Of a stretch of 64,000 nucleotides of DNA, positions 38,928 through 49,038 are shown piece after piece. The notes under the pieces were generated by a model. It was not told where the DNA came from. It was given only the letters and a program-made list of their open reading frames with translations, and made no database searches. Origin of the DNA: a virus. Taxonomy: Duplodnaviria > Heunggongvirae > Uroviricota > Caudoviricetes. The DNA is taken from IMG/VR virus record IMGVR_UViG_2922289487_000003, positions 33,731 to 97,730 of that record, one strand, 5' to 3'. Both the position numbers and the translations under genes were made by a program. The stretch's first letter is position 1. The number at the start of each line of letters is the position of its first letter.

Positions 38928-39740
38928 TTATTTAGAAAGATACTTCTCTTTGAGTTTTTTCAGACGTTCAGCATCCTGTTCAGAGAACTCAGTAGTACCG
39001 AAGATTGATTTACCGTCCACGTCTCTCAACTCAGTCACCGTTACGGTGAAAATTGCATCATCCGGAGCGTTAACGTTCGCCCAATCAGAGAACATATTAG
39101 GCTCTAGTTTCCAGTGAGCTTTCTCCCCTGGTTCAAGTCCACCGGGGATTTCGTAATTAAAAGTGTCTGTGTACCAGGGAACGCTTCTTCCAGGGCTTGA
39201 AATAACGCCTTTAAAGAATGCTCTGGCAACGGATTTATCTGTGCCATTTTCAACACTGATGTCCAGCACTGGCTGATCAGGGCCGTAGTTTTGTTTCTCA
39301 AGATAAAAACGAGATCGTTCAACTTTGAAGGCTTTCAGTTTATCGGCTGCTTCTACTGAAGCGCTTTGCTTCGCCTCAAGTTCTTTTATTTCCTGAAGAG
39401 CCTGCTCTTTCTCTTTCTTCTCGCGTTCGAGTCGGATGGTTTCTGCATAGGTAATTACTTCTTCACCGGTCTTTCCTTCCAGTGCCGTTTTGATTTTCCC
39501 TTCATACACATCCCCAGACGAGGCTCCGGCCTTCATCAACTCTCGCATGTCAATCTGGCTCAGCGCTACGACTTTGACCGCCTCATCAAACTGAGACTTC
39601 TTGTCGTCAGGCAAGGACTCTCTGACCTTCTGGATGGACTCTTTCGTTGACTGATCACTTGATGTGTCGATTTTTGGTTTGTCGCAAGCCGAAAGCAGCA
39701 GCGATAAGGCAATAACTCCAGCTAGTTTTCTCATTTCCAT
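38928..39740 (-). CDS. lipoprotein of unknown function
   Basis: MRKLAGVIALSLLLSAC lipobox. Start likely the internal Met, not the track start at 39809. Confidence 0.5.
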   Translation of the reverse strand: MEMRKLAGVIALSLLLSACDKPKIDTSSDQSTKESIQKVRESLPDDKKSQFDEAVKVVALSQIDMRELMKAGASSGDVYEGKIKTALEGKTGEEVITYAETIRLEREKKEKEQALQEIKELEAKQSASVEAADKLKAFKVERSRFYLEKQNYGPDQPVLDISVENGTDKSVARAFFKGVISSPGRSVPWYTDTFNYEIPGGLEPGEKAHWKLEPNMFSDWANVNAPDDAIFTVTVTELRDVDGKSIFGTTEFSEQDAERLKKLKEKYLSK

Positions 39741-40141
39741 ATTCCCAGTTGTAAAAACAAGAATAATCCTAACAAAGATATAAATCAGGACAAGTCGTAG
39801 CCTGCACATTATGTGAAAGTTTAGGCTTTCGTGGTAAATGAGTGTTTTTTAAACAAAATCTTCTAGTGGAAAATCGTGTCTCGATACGTATGAAAGAGGG
39901 CATTGAGTTTAAAAATGTAAAATAAAGGTTGCACAGTAAGAAGGGTCATGCGTTAATAGTGGCGTTGGTTTGCAAGACAGACCTTATGAAAGCAGTTTTA
40001 GTAAAGCAGTCTCAGTTCAGAGTTATCATCAGATTTCCCTTCTTCGTGAGTCTCCTCCTTTAGTGCCTAAGTAAGTCCCAATCTCTACAGATCAAATTCT
40101 CGCCGCACTGTGTGGCTCACAAAATTTAGAAGGTAATATCT

Positions 40142-40357
40142 ATGTCTAATAAAATGACTGGTTTAGTAAAATGGTTTAACGCAGATAAAGGCTTTGGCTT
40201 TATCACTCCTGATGATGGCAGCAAGGACGTATTCGTTCACTTTTCTGCAATCCAGAGCAACGACTTCCGTACCCTGGACGAAGGCCAGAAGGTAGAGTTC
40301 TCTGTCGAGAATGGCGCTAAAGGCCCGGCAGCTGCTAACGTTGTCGCTCAGAGCTAA
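40142..40357 (+). CDS. csp: cold shock protein, CspA family (resembles the prophage-associated CspB/G/I branch)
   Basis: [41 protein letters not shown]1/RNP2 motifs intact. AAGGTAATATCTATG initiation region resembles cspA. Confidence 0.9.
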   Translation: MSNKMTGLVKWFNADKGFGFITPDDGSKDVFVHFSAIQSNDFRTLDEGQKVEFSVENGAKGPAAANVVAQS

Positions 40358-40640
40358 ACACTTTTGATAATCCCTGTCTCTGCGACCACGAAGACGGCGC
40401 AAGCCCGAGTAGACAGAATGGTGGGGATACATAAGTTGAGTAAATCGGTGTGTACACCATGCCGATTTAATCGACACAACGGTCAGCTTATTTAGATCCG
40501 TTACTGGATAGTATGCTAACCGTTGTGGCGAAATGCGGGTTTGCCGCATGAATGGTCTTAGGCAGAAGCTAACTGCCGGCTTTGCGAAACAAAGTGCGTA
40601 AGAGGGGCGACTTCCTCAAAAAACGCTACAACCAAATAAA

Positions 40641-40668
40641 GAAACCCGCCAAATGGCGGGTTTTGTTT
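40641..40668. terminator. rho-independent terminator (AAACCCGCCAAATGGCGGGTTTTGTTTT), bidirectional
   Basis: GC stem plus T-run. Lies about 280 bp after the csp stop. Confidence 0.6.
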
Positions 40669-41111
40669 TATGCGACTCTTTTACCGAATATGCTGGATAG
40701 CGTGGCTTTGGTCTGTCGATGCAGGCGGTACTTCCTGACATCGCCAATCCTGTTCACTTCCATGAACTCTTTGGCCACCTTCAGCACCAGACGATCGCGG
40801 AAGGCTTTAAACGCCTCCAGTTGTTCTTCTGGATTATCCGATTCGTAGATTTCCAGCAGATACTGGCACGCCTTCGGATCTTGCGTTTTAAGTGCCAGTG
40901 CCCTGGCACATTTACGTAAACGACTCACTTTGTCGACGCCATCCAGAACGGCGAACGCCAGCGCTAGATCTAACGTGACCGGGCAATCGATGATTTCCCA
41001 GAACTGCGTCCGCAACGTGGCCGCTATCGCTTTGTCCTGATAGTCCACTGGAATAGCCGCCAGCGCTTGTGCAATCTTCTGGGCCTTGTTCATGGTGTTC
41101 TCTTTATTCAT
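40668..41111 (-). CDS. hypothetical protein
   Basis: ORF immediately downstream of dnaE with a 4-nt overlap. Confidence 0.4.
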   Translation of the reverse strand: MNKENTMNKAQKIAQALAAIPVDYQDKAIAATLRTQFWEIIDCPVTLDLALAFAVLDGVDKVSRLRKCARALALKTQDPKACQYLLEIYESDNPEEQLEAFKAFRDRLVLKVAKEFMEVNRIGDVRKYRLHRQTKATLSSIFGKRVA

Positions 41112-44100
41112 TTGCTAATAGTCTCCGCTACCTCTGCCAGAATTGCTTCCAGCTTTTCGCCTTCCTCTGGGCGAAAGTACAAAATGTTAGGGTTAAATCC
41201 GTAGAAAACGGTCACATCCAGCTCCGGCAGATACTCTTTGCGTCCAACCAGGTCGGATGGTTTGCTCTTGTTGTTGAAAAGCGACGTTGCCCGGCTGCCA
41301 CACGTCAGCACATAGGTCGGACGTACCAGTTCGATCTCTTCGCGCATATAGTCTGTGAACTGACCGATCTCGTCTTTGGTATAGTCCTTCTCTTTGTCCT
41401 TCACCTTCTTGCACACGCCGGTGACGTATAAATCGCCCATCCGTAAATCACCTGCAGTCAGTAACTTCGCCTTAAAGTCGTCATAGCCGTTCTCCATGAA
41501 GTAACCGGTACGCCCATCATTGCCGTTCGCGTTGTCCAGAATGACCATGATTTTCGGTTTAATGCCGATGCTGGGACGGATAAGCTCATCGCCTAAACCC
41601 ATTTCGGCCGCCATGCGCGTCATCAGCACATTCACTTCGGCAGAGCGCTTAGGGTTCATCTCGAACGGACGAGAGGCTTTTACCGCGTCGATCACCAGAT
41701 TGCCCATCAGCTCCGCCTGGTCGCGCAGTCGTTCCGGATCGGTTGCTGGCAGACTGCCCGGCTCGATGGATGCAAACGCGCCAACCTTTTGCAGTGATTC
41801 ACGTACCCGGCTGTTACACGAACGCTTCTCGACAGCCTCTTCGAATTGCGCCAGTGACTCGAACTTACCGCCGACTTTCTCTCTGGCTCGCATGATGGCC
41901 TGACAGCCGTTCTCAGAGCAGCCTTTTACAGCAGAGAAGGGGGCATACAAAACCTGACTACCATCTTCCAGCGTGCGGATCTCAATGCGATTCGACGACA
42001 CGTTAACGTCTGGAGGAAGGACACGAATGCCATAGGTCAGCGCATCCTTCACAAGCCCCTGGTGCTTGTCTTCGCCCAGAATGGTAAGCGCAGCAGCAAA
42101 GAACTCAGCAGGGTAATGCGATTTAAGCCACATTGACTGATAGCTGATTAAGGAATAGGCAACAGAATGTGATTTATTGAACTGGTACGCGCCATTCTTT
42201 TCGAAGGCTTCCCAGATCTCCTTCGCTTTCGTTTCTGATAAACCTGCATGTGACGCCGTCACGCGAATCGCAGACATTGGCAGCTTGGCTCCTGCTTCCA
42301 GTGCCTCTTCGACCGTCCGCAATGTGCCGTCTTCACATTTGAAGTGTTCCGCGCGATGAATACGCATGGTATCGCCGTCTTCCAGCTCTACGTCAATCCA
42401 TCCTGCCTGAGCCTGGACGACGAACTTCTCGCCCATGTGTCGCATCTTCTCCATATCTTTTTTACCGATAGCTTTGCGCACCCCGTCTGCCTCGGCCATT
42501 GTGAAACCGGCCAGCAGCCGCGTCGCATTCATCGTTTGTTCTTGATAAAGAATCACGCCGTTGGTTTCAGCAGTCAGCTCATCCAGTACCGGGTGCAGTG
42601 AATGGGGTGGCATGAAACCTTTTGCGACGGCGACATAGTCATCCAACATGCCGGACTGAATAGGGCCAGGTCGGAAGAGCGCGGTTGTTGCGACAACCGT
42701 TTTAAAGCTCATCGGCTCGATGCCACCGCCCAGATCTTTAAGCAGCTTGCGCATGGGGCCGGACTCCAGCTGGAATACGCCCTGCGTGTACCCTGCAGAG
42801 AACCCATCCAGAACCTTTCGATCGTCCAGCGGGATAGCATCGAGATTGATGTCTTCCCCGGTACTCTCTTTGATGTAGCGTTTCGCGCTATCCAGAAGAT
42901 CGAGCGTTGCCAGCCCGAGAACGTCCAGCTTAATCAGCCCCATTGCCTCGCAGTAGCGCTTATCGAACGCAATACAGCGTGCATTGCCACGTAACTCGAC
43001 GGGCGTGCGCTCAGTTAATTTAACGCCAGCCACAATCATCCCCGCCGCATGACGACCAAAGCCACGCATCAGACTTTGCAGCTTGCACGCCGCTTTGAAC
43101 GCTTCCGGATTCTTGGTGGCGTATTTGTCCAGGCTGGCCAGTTGTTCGCGCAGCTCTTCCAGCGACAGGCTATCGTCTTCCAGATTCTTGAACTCTTTGG
43201 AGACCGCCATATCCGCAGCGTCGACGCCATAGATACGTGCTGTATCGCGCAGCGCGGAAGCCGCGCCCAGATAAGTGAAGTTGGGAATACCGGCAACGTA
43301 TTCTTCGCCATAGCGTTCATTCAGATACTCGATCACCTCATGACGTCGTGCCTGGCTAAAGTCCAGATCCGCATCCGGAAGGTCGAGACGTTCCGGGTTA
43401 ATGAAACGTTCAAACAGCAGACCGTGACGGATAGGGTCAACGTTGGTAATGCCGATGCACCAGGCCACCAGAGAACCGGCAGAGGAACCACGACCAGGCC
43501 CGACAGGAATGCCGGTTTCACGACTGTGATTCATCAGGTCGCGCACCATCAGGAAGTAACCGCAAAACCCCAGACGAGTCAGTGTATCCATCTCATATTT
43601 CAGGCGATCGACATACACACGGTGCTCAGATGCTGGTGGCGTATAACCAAACTCTTTGGTGGTGAGACGCTTGCGCAGCCCCGCGACAGCCAGCTTCATC
43701 AGTGTTGCAGGTTCGTCGTCTGCCATCTTTGGCAGTGCTGGTGGCAATTCATGCCAGCGCCATGTGCAGGCTTCGATTATTGTGTCCTGCGTCGTGGATG
43801 CCATCGCTGCATTCACAGGCACACCCATCCGGACAGAGAATGCTTTCAGTGCCTCCAGCAAATGACGGCGCCCATTAACGGCATTATCACGCTGGTGGGG
43901 GATACGCAGACGATGCGGCTGGTCGATTTTGATGTTGTTCATGACCATGTGCGCAATGTCTTTAATATCGGCGTCGTCAATGGCTTCGTAATACGCAGGG
44001 TAGAATGCCACTGGCTCAATTTTCAGAGCGCTTGCCACTTTCATCGCCCGAACGTTGATCTGGTCATAGAATGGCGTAGGGTGCGGATAAACCACGCTGT

Positions 44101-44626
44101 AGAAGTTATCGCGCCCACCCGCAGTAATCAGCGTGCTGATGATCTTCGCGAAGTCGCGTCGCTGGAATACGCTGCCGATGTCGGAAGTCAGCAGGATGAT
44201 GTTGCCTTTGGCATACGTGGCCGCCAGCTGGTCGAGCGCAAGTCGTGGTACAAAGTAGAACTGATCACGATTGTTGGCGAAGGTCATCAGTTCGCAAACG
44301 TCGCGATAGCCTTCTTCGTTCTTGATTAGCGCCGTAAAGCAGTAGTTGCGATCACGAACCAATGATTCCATACATCTATTAGCCTCTTTCGCAATGCGGG
44401 CGCGGTGCTCATATGTCGGATCGTCAACAATGTTCAGCTTAACACCACAAATGACCGCCATGTCTTCGCCAGCGGCGCGTTGTAGTGGGATCACGCTGGC
44501 AATGTTCATGCTGTCAGCAGATATGACAGCAGTGTAGCCAGCTTCTTTCGCGATTTTCACCGCGTTTTCAGCTTTCAGAGCCGATTCTCCCAGGGAGAAG
44601 TCAGTTCTGACCATCAGAGCCTTCAT
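41108..44626 (-). CDS. dnaE: DNA polymerase III alpha subunit (DnaE-type replicative polymerase)
   Basis: 1172 aa. N-terminal PHP domain, then the polymerase core GFCGYFLMVRDLMNHSRETGIPVGPGRGSSAGSLVAWCIGITNVDP, then the C-terminal OB region. Confidence 0.9.
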   Translation of the reverse strand: MKALMVRTDFSLGESALKAENAVKIAKEAGYTAVISADSMNIASVIPLQRAAGEDMAVICGVKLNIVDDPTYEHRARIAKEANRCMESLVRDRNYCFTALIKNEEGYRDVCELMTFANNRDQFYFVPRLALDQLAATYAKGNIILLTSDIGSVFQRRDFAKIISTLITAGGRDNFYSVVYPHPTPFYDQINVRAMKVASALKIEPVAFYPAYYEAIDDADIKDIAHMVMNNIKIDQPHRLRIPHQRDNAVNGRRHLLEALKAFSVRMGVPVNAAMASTTQDTIIEACTWRWHELPPALPKMADDEPATLMKLAVAGLRKRLTTKEFGYTPPASEHRVYVDRLKYEMDTLTRLGFCGYFLMVRDLMNHSRETGIPVGPGRGSSAGSLVAWCIGITNVDPIRHGLLFERFINPERLDLPDADLDFSQARRHEVIEYLNERYGEEYVAGIPNFTYLGAASALRDTARIYGVDAADMAVSKEFKNLEDDSLSLEELREQLASLDKYATKNPEAFKAACKLQSLMRGFGRHAAGMIVAGVKLTERTPVELRGNARCIAFDKRYCEAMGLIKLDVLGLATLDLLDSAKRYIKESTGEDINLDAIPLDDRKVLDGFSAGYTQGVFQLESGPMRKLLKDLGGGIEPMSFKTVVATTALFRPGPIQSGMLDDYVAVAKGFMPPHSLHPVLDELTAETNGVILYQEQTMNATRLLAGFTMAEADGVRKAIGKKDMEKMRHMGEKFVVQAQAGWIDVELEDGDTMRIHRAEHFKCEDGTLRTVEEALEAGAKLPMSAIRVTASHAGLSETKAKEIWEAFEKNGAYQFNKSHSVAYSLISYQSMWLKSHYPAEFFAAALTILGEDKHQGLVKDALTYGIRVLPPDVNVSSNRIEIRTLEDGSQVLYAPFSAVKGCSENGCQAIMRAREKVGGKFESLAQFEEAVEKRSCNSRVRESLQKVGAFASIEPGSLPATDPERLRDQAELMGNLVIDAVKASRPFEMNPKRSAEVNVLMTRMAAEMGLGDELIRPSIGIKPKIMVILDNANGNDGRTGYFMENGYDDFKAKLLTAGDLRMGDLYVTGVCKKVKDKEKDYTKDEIGQFTDYMREEIELVRPTYVLTCGSRATSLFNNKSKPSDLVGRKEYLPELDVTVFYGFNPNILYFRPEEGEKLEAILAEVAETISK

Positions 44627-44804
44627 GTGTCTTTACCTTTCTGGTTTTCTTTATCTTGTCATTGGGGAAGCCAACGAACTTCCCGTACATCAAAATCGCG
44701 ACGTCTCTGGCTTTTTCGTGACATTCAGGTCTGTCAGGACACACCAGACAAGACCGGCCAGTTTCAGACGCAGCGATAAGTGAGCCAAAACAACCTTTAC
44801 GCAC
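44601..44804 (-). CDS. small Cys-rich hypothetical protein
   Basis: CxxC...C...C pattern (CLVCPDRPEC). Overlaps the dnaE start. Confidence 0.3.
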   Translation of the reverse strand: MRKGCFGSLIAASETGRSCLVCPDRPECHEKARDVAILMYGKFVGFPNDKIKKTRKVKTHEGSDGQN

Positions 44805-44806
44805 GA

Positions 44807-46042
44807 TTAACCGAAGATTTTCTGAACCACTTCACGCGCTGCCTGTGCAGACGTGGATGGAAGTTTATTGATGAACGCTTTTTCAATGCCGGCAGCGAAA
44901 TCACCGCGCATCATTCCGATTCTTGCTGACAGCAGCAGTTCGCGAGGGCCAATTGGCTGGCTGATCAGGTGCTGTTCGTAACCCTCCCGAACCAGGTTCG
45001 CGAACTTCACCATCTTCTCTGCGTACTCGCGGATGATTCCTGCCTTAACCAGCATGTTGACCTCCGCAGCTGTGCTCATGTACTGCACGTTGGAGACGAT
45101 GCCGAAGCGTGAGAAGTTCGCGGCGTTCTGGATGTTCGTACCTTGATAGAGACCCGTCTCATCGCCAGATCCGTTCGTATTGCCAGTACCAATAAAGGCA
45201 AAGCGTTCATGTGGCGTGATTCGGCGCCAGTCCGGAGTCGCCTCTTTGATGATCAGCGGTTCACCTTCCAGCACTGGTTGGTACACGCCCAGAATCTGCG
45301 GGAAAGCGAAGTCGTATTCGTCAGCCAGATACACCCAACCGTTCTTCATCGCCAGCGCCAGCAGACCAGGCTCGAAGTAAGTGGAGCCTTCACGAGCGAG
45401 GATCTGACCCGTTACGTGTGCTTCTTCCATCGATGCGGTGTGCTGGGCGCGGATCAGTGGTCGGTTCAGCAGGGCGCATAGCTGCGTAGGCAAAGAAGAT
45501 TTACCGGTGCCAGCGTGCCCCCATAGATAGCCCGGTATTCCGATCTCCAGCATCATGAAGATGTCCTTAATCAGGTCGAAGTCGCCATACACATACCCTT
45601 CCTTCGCTTCTGGTACGAACTCCGGATATGGCGTATTGACGTTAACTGTCACCTGCAGTGGCTTTCCGCGCGGCGTTCCCAGCTCTTTCAGAGTGACACC
45701 AAGCAGCTCGTGCGCGGCCACCAGTTCTGTCTTGTATTCAACCGTTCCTGCATATCCAGGGTGCGAGCTAATCTCCGCTATTTTTCCTTCACCTGAGTGC
45801 TTCTCTGCGCGTTTCTCTTTCAGTTTGGCCAGTGCCGTGCGAGAAATAGTCGGCTCGTCAGGAAATTCGGTGGTGTACATCTTCACCACTTCGTCAATGT
45901 CGAGGCCTTTCGCTGTTTCCGGAATGTTTTCACAGCGGCCCATAGAGATATGGGATTTCAGGTGATGGAATGATTTGCCACACCACTTGCAGATGATGGT
46001 TTCCGGCAAATGTTCTTCTTGCTGTAGTGCAGTAGCGGTCAT
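44807..46042 (-). CDS. AAA+ ATPase of the MoxR/CobS-like (AAA_5) class with N-terminal zinc ribbon
   Basis: CKWCGKSFHHLKSH, Walker A GHAGTGKSSL, Walker B VYLADEYDF. Confidence 0.7.
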   Translation of the reverse strand: MTATALQQEEHLPETIICKWCGKSFHHLKSHISMGRCENIPETAKGLDIDEVVKMYTTEFPDEPTISRTALAKLKEKRAEKHSGEGKIAEISSHPGYAGTVEYKTELVAAHELLGVTLKELGTPRGKPLQVTVNVNTPYPEFVPEAKEGYVYGDFDLIKDIFMMLEIGIPGYLWGHAGTGKSSLPTQLCALLNRPLIRAQHTASMEEAHVTGQILAREGSTYFEPGLLALAMKNGWVYLADEYDFAFPQILGVYQPVLEGEPLIIKEATPDWRRITPHERFAFIGTGNTNGSGDETGLYQGTNIQNAANFSRFGIVSNVQYMSTAAEVNMLVKAGIIREYAEKMVKFANLVREGYEQHLISQPIGPRELLLSARIGMMRGDFAAGIEKAFINKLPSTSAQAAREVVQKIFG

Positions 46043-46102
46043 GTGTTTTCCTTACTGATTTGTCGTTCGTGGGGTATATCTTATATAAATATATCAGGTT
46101 GT

Positions 46103-46121
46103 ATAGTAAGTGATTACTTAA
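46103..46121. promoter_or_regulatory. motif B-like instance (ATAGTAAGTGATTACTTAA) upstream of the AAA+ gene
   Basis: Degenerate copy. Confidence 0.3.
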
Positions 46122-46138
46122 ATTTAAGGGTGAGAAAA

Positions 46139-48454
46139 TCACCCAAGAATGATACGACCTAATTCCGTCACTACTGACGAACCCAACTCTTCCACTTTGT
46201 TAACAAGGGCGTAATTTTTGTAATAGCGCTTAGGGGCATCTGTCAGTACACCTATGGCCATCAGGTCGATATCACTGAGTGTCTCAATCTCTTTGGTGGT
46301 AGAGCGGAGGTGTTCGCTGAATCCGTCACCAGCAGCGCAGGGGACGCCGTCACTCAACACCATCATGATTTTCTTGTCTTCCATTCGGCCTGAGAACAAT
46401 GACGCCAACTGTGCAATGCTTTCCCCATCAACGTTGTTAAGCAGGGGGAACGTCTCAGCGACACAGCCCATTCTGGCGCGAACGTTTGTCGCGTTAACTT
46501 TCTCATTCCAGTTTTTTATGATCGGCAGCATCAACGCTTCGAAGCGTGTGAACCCTGCTTTTCTCATGGTATCAAAGTCCGGATTTCCGAACGTGGTGAA
46601 GCCGGTGATAATGTTAGGCACGTTGATGCGATCCAGCGCGTCGGCGATGGTGTAGGCGCTTGCCAAAGCCAGGTGAATCTTCCGTCCTCCCATTGAACCT
46701 GATAAGTCGATAACCTGCTGAACACAGGCGTTAACAGCCTTGTGATCTTCTTTTCGACGGAAGACACGGTCATCGTTCATGGAAAGCCGATACAGACTCG
46801 AACCGTGGATACGTCCACGACGCTGTCCGGGGACAAACTGTACGCGGTTACGACTGGCTATTGCACGTTCCAGGTCTTTGGCGAGAGTTGAAGAGATCCC
46901 CGCAGACAGATGAGGCTCAATCTTTGCCTGGAACAGCAGAGAACCCTCCGGAACCATACGGTAGCGGTCCATTGGCGAGTGCATGGGGATAGAGCCAAAC
47001 ACTTTTCTTGTGCGCCTGATGTGCTGTTCCGCCTCATCGATAGACCCGATGAAATCATATGAGCGATCGTATGGACGATACTCAGACAAAGAGGCACCCA
47101 TGAGTTCCTTTTTGATGGTCTCGGACAGGGGATCTTCGGCCGCTTCGTCACCACCGTCTTCCATTTCATCAATTGCCTTGAGAGCATCCTCAAGCGTCAT
47201 GTCACTTGGGTCGGCTACGAATCCAGAGTCGCTGTCCGGAGCTTCCTCAGTTGCTTCATCCCTTTCGCTTTCGGAGCCGGAACGGTCTTCTTCACTGTCA
47301 CCGTCTTCATCGCCAGCGCTTCCTGCACTTGCGCCGTCGCCTTCGTCTTGTGTTGATTCACCCTCTCCGGAACCATAACCGTCCGACTCATCAGCATCCT
47401 CACTAATACCGTCTCCATGTGTTGGTGTGCTGTCGGCGTCTGATTCTGTTTCTGGTTGCGATGTGTCAGCTGCGGCAGTGTCTTTTCCTGATTCTGGCGA
47501 TTCCTCACCTGCTTCTGTAGATTTATTATCTGTATCACTAATATCTTTATCGTCAGTAGGTAAGTCCATACTTACTGATTCAGGTAAATCAGAATCCCCA
47601 GAATCGTCTTCATCTTCAGGCTCACTGTCAGGTCTTTCTGTGCGTTCCGGGGCGCTCCCATCACGAGTAGCATCTTCTGATGACTCAGGCGTTTCTTCAG
47701 GCTCTTCCTCACTCCTGGAGGGTTTCTTCGCGGAAGACTTTCTCTCCGGCAATTTACCTTCTGGTTCGTCTTTCATGTCACGCATGATAAGAGCGATGGC
47801 CACCGCTACCAATATGCAGTCGCTGGTGCTGTTCATGTTACGAATGGCCTTGTCGATGCCGTGCTCTTTCAGAAGAGCAACGGGCCTGGCGATGAGGCGC
47901 CAGTGCTCTTCCATAAACTCGATGAAAGGGTTCTGTCCGTCCCAGGCACGCACGACCGGGCAGAGGAAGAATTTCAGAAACAGCTCTTGCTGATTGCCCC
48001 GACAGATCGCAACAGCCTCGGGTACTTTGGTTTTGAAGTACTTATCGATGATCAGGTTCTGTGTAGCCAGAAGATTGCGGCGAGTTCCGTTGAATACCTG
48101 TCCCATTTTACGTTCAATGAAGACGTCTTCCAGTGCATTCCAAAGCCCGAACGATGGCTTCTTGCTCTTATCACGCATCTTCTGGGCGTCTTTAAAGTTG
48201 GTGAACAGGATATGTGCCACCTCGTGATCGAGGAAGCCACGGATCGCATTCAGCAACGCCGGTGATGCATCATCTGGAATGGATGGAATGTTTACCAGTA
48301 CTGGCTCTCCCTTCGTGTTGTAGCGGACGAACGCTTCATTTCCGCGTTCTGATACGGGGATATTTCGGCCGGACAGCATGGCAACGACACGTTTTACGCA
48401 GTCGCGAAAATCCTGTACCTCCTTGAGTACGGGGCGCGTGGTGATTTTGGACAT
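46139..48454 (-). CDS. von Willebrand factor A (vWA/MIDAS) domain protein with long acidic disordered central region; CobT-like partner of the AAA+ ATPase
   Basis: MIDAS DLSGSMGG motif in the C-terminal third. About 250-aa D/E/S-rich low-complexity segment. Confidence 0.65.
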   Translation of the reverse strand: MSKITTRPVLKEVQDFRDCVKRVVAMLSGRNIPVSERGNEAFVRYNTKGEPVLVNIPSIPDDASPALLNAIRGFLDHEVAHILFTNFKDAQKMRDKSKKPSFGLWNALEDVFIERKMGQVFNGTRRNLLATQNLIIDKYFKTKVPEAVAICRGNQQELFLKFFLCPVVRAWDGQNPFIEFMEEHWRLIARPVALLKEHGIDKAIRNMNSTSDCILVAVAIALIMRDMKDEPEGKLPERKSSAKKPSRSEEEPEETPESSEDATRDGSAPERTERPDSEPEDEDDSGDSDLPESVSMDLPTDDKDISDTDNKSTEAGEESPESGKDTAAADTSQPETESDADSTPTHGDGISEDADESDGYGSGEGESTQDEGDGASAGSAGDEDGDSEEDRSGSESERDEATEEAPDSDSGFVADPSDMTLEDALKAIDEMEDGGDEAAEDPLSETIKKELMGASLSEYRPYDRSYDFIGSIDEAEQHIRRTRKVFGSIPMHSPMDRYRMVPEGSLLFQAKIEPHLSAGISSTLAKDLERAIASRNRVQFVPGQRRGRIHGSSLYRLSMNDDRVFRRKEDHKAVNACVQQVIDLSGSMGGRKIHLALASAYTIADALDRINVPNIITGFTTFGNPDFDTMRKAGFTRFEALMLPIIKNWNEKVNATNVRARMGCVAETFPLLNNVDGESIAQLASLFSGRMEDKKIMMVLSDGVPCAAGDGFSEHLRSTTKEIETLSDIDLMAIGVLTDAPKRYYKNYALVNKVEELGSSVVTELGRIILG

Positions 48455-48472
48455 GAGAATTTCCTTGTTATA

Positions 48473-48504
48473 AAAACAATTTGTTTTCTGATGTGTGTAA
48501 TTTA
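48473..48504 (-). promoter_or_regulatory. motif A core instance upstream of the vWA gene
   Basis: aaaaacaatttgttttctgatgtgtgtaattt. Confidence 0.4.
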
Positions 48505-48564
48505 GCGCTGTACGAACAGGCCATGAAGTTGTTCGTACAGGCGTATGAAGGGATGGAATTGGTA

Positions 48565-48777
48565 TTAGTCGGTGCGGACGGCTATGGAACCGCAGCCGGT
48601 GTTAATCAAAGTGAAGTGATGCTCACAGAGTTCAAACTTAAAAGCGGTCGCGTCGTTCATGCTTATTGCCAACTCAGAACTTGGCAGTTCAATCAGAATG
48701 GCAGCGGCATCGTCATATTCCAGTGCTAAAGCATCTCCTACCCCGAGGGCGTTCAAAATAGAAGCTATTTTCTTCAT
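48565..48777 (-). CDS. hypothetical small acidic protein
   Basis: Probable start MKKIASILNALG. An overlapping plus-strand ORF is likely spurious. Confidence 0.3.
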   Translation of the reverse strand: MKKIASILNALGVGDALALEYDDAAAILIELPSSELAISMNDATAFKFELCEHHFTLINTGCGSIAVRTD

Positions 48778-49038
48778 CATTATCATCCAACTGAGCACAT
48801 AATAACGGTGGCAAATGGTACTACCTATTGTATCAATAAGGAATATATCTATATCAAATATAAGTTATAAAAACGACCCGGAAACAGTTGTTCGGCATGC
48901 AAAAAAGTCATGAAAACGTTGACCTGGCGCAGATTAGGAGCCTACTGAAAATGATAGATAAGTCTTTACAACCCTGGCCTTTGTTGTAATATCGGTAAGC
49001 ACTTACCAGAGATTAACAAAAACACGCAAGGTTCACAC

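Noticed and set aside
43049-44329. 426-aa plus-strand ORF
   Set aside because: Lies entirely antisense within the well-supported dnaE gene. Composition-driven shadow ORF.
47427-47993. 188-aa Ser-rich plus-strand ORF (and several others at 46983-47406)
   Set aside because: Antisense to the acidic repeat region of the vWA gene. Low-complexity shadow frames.
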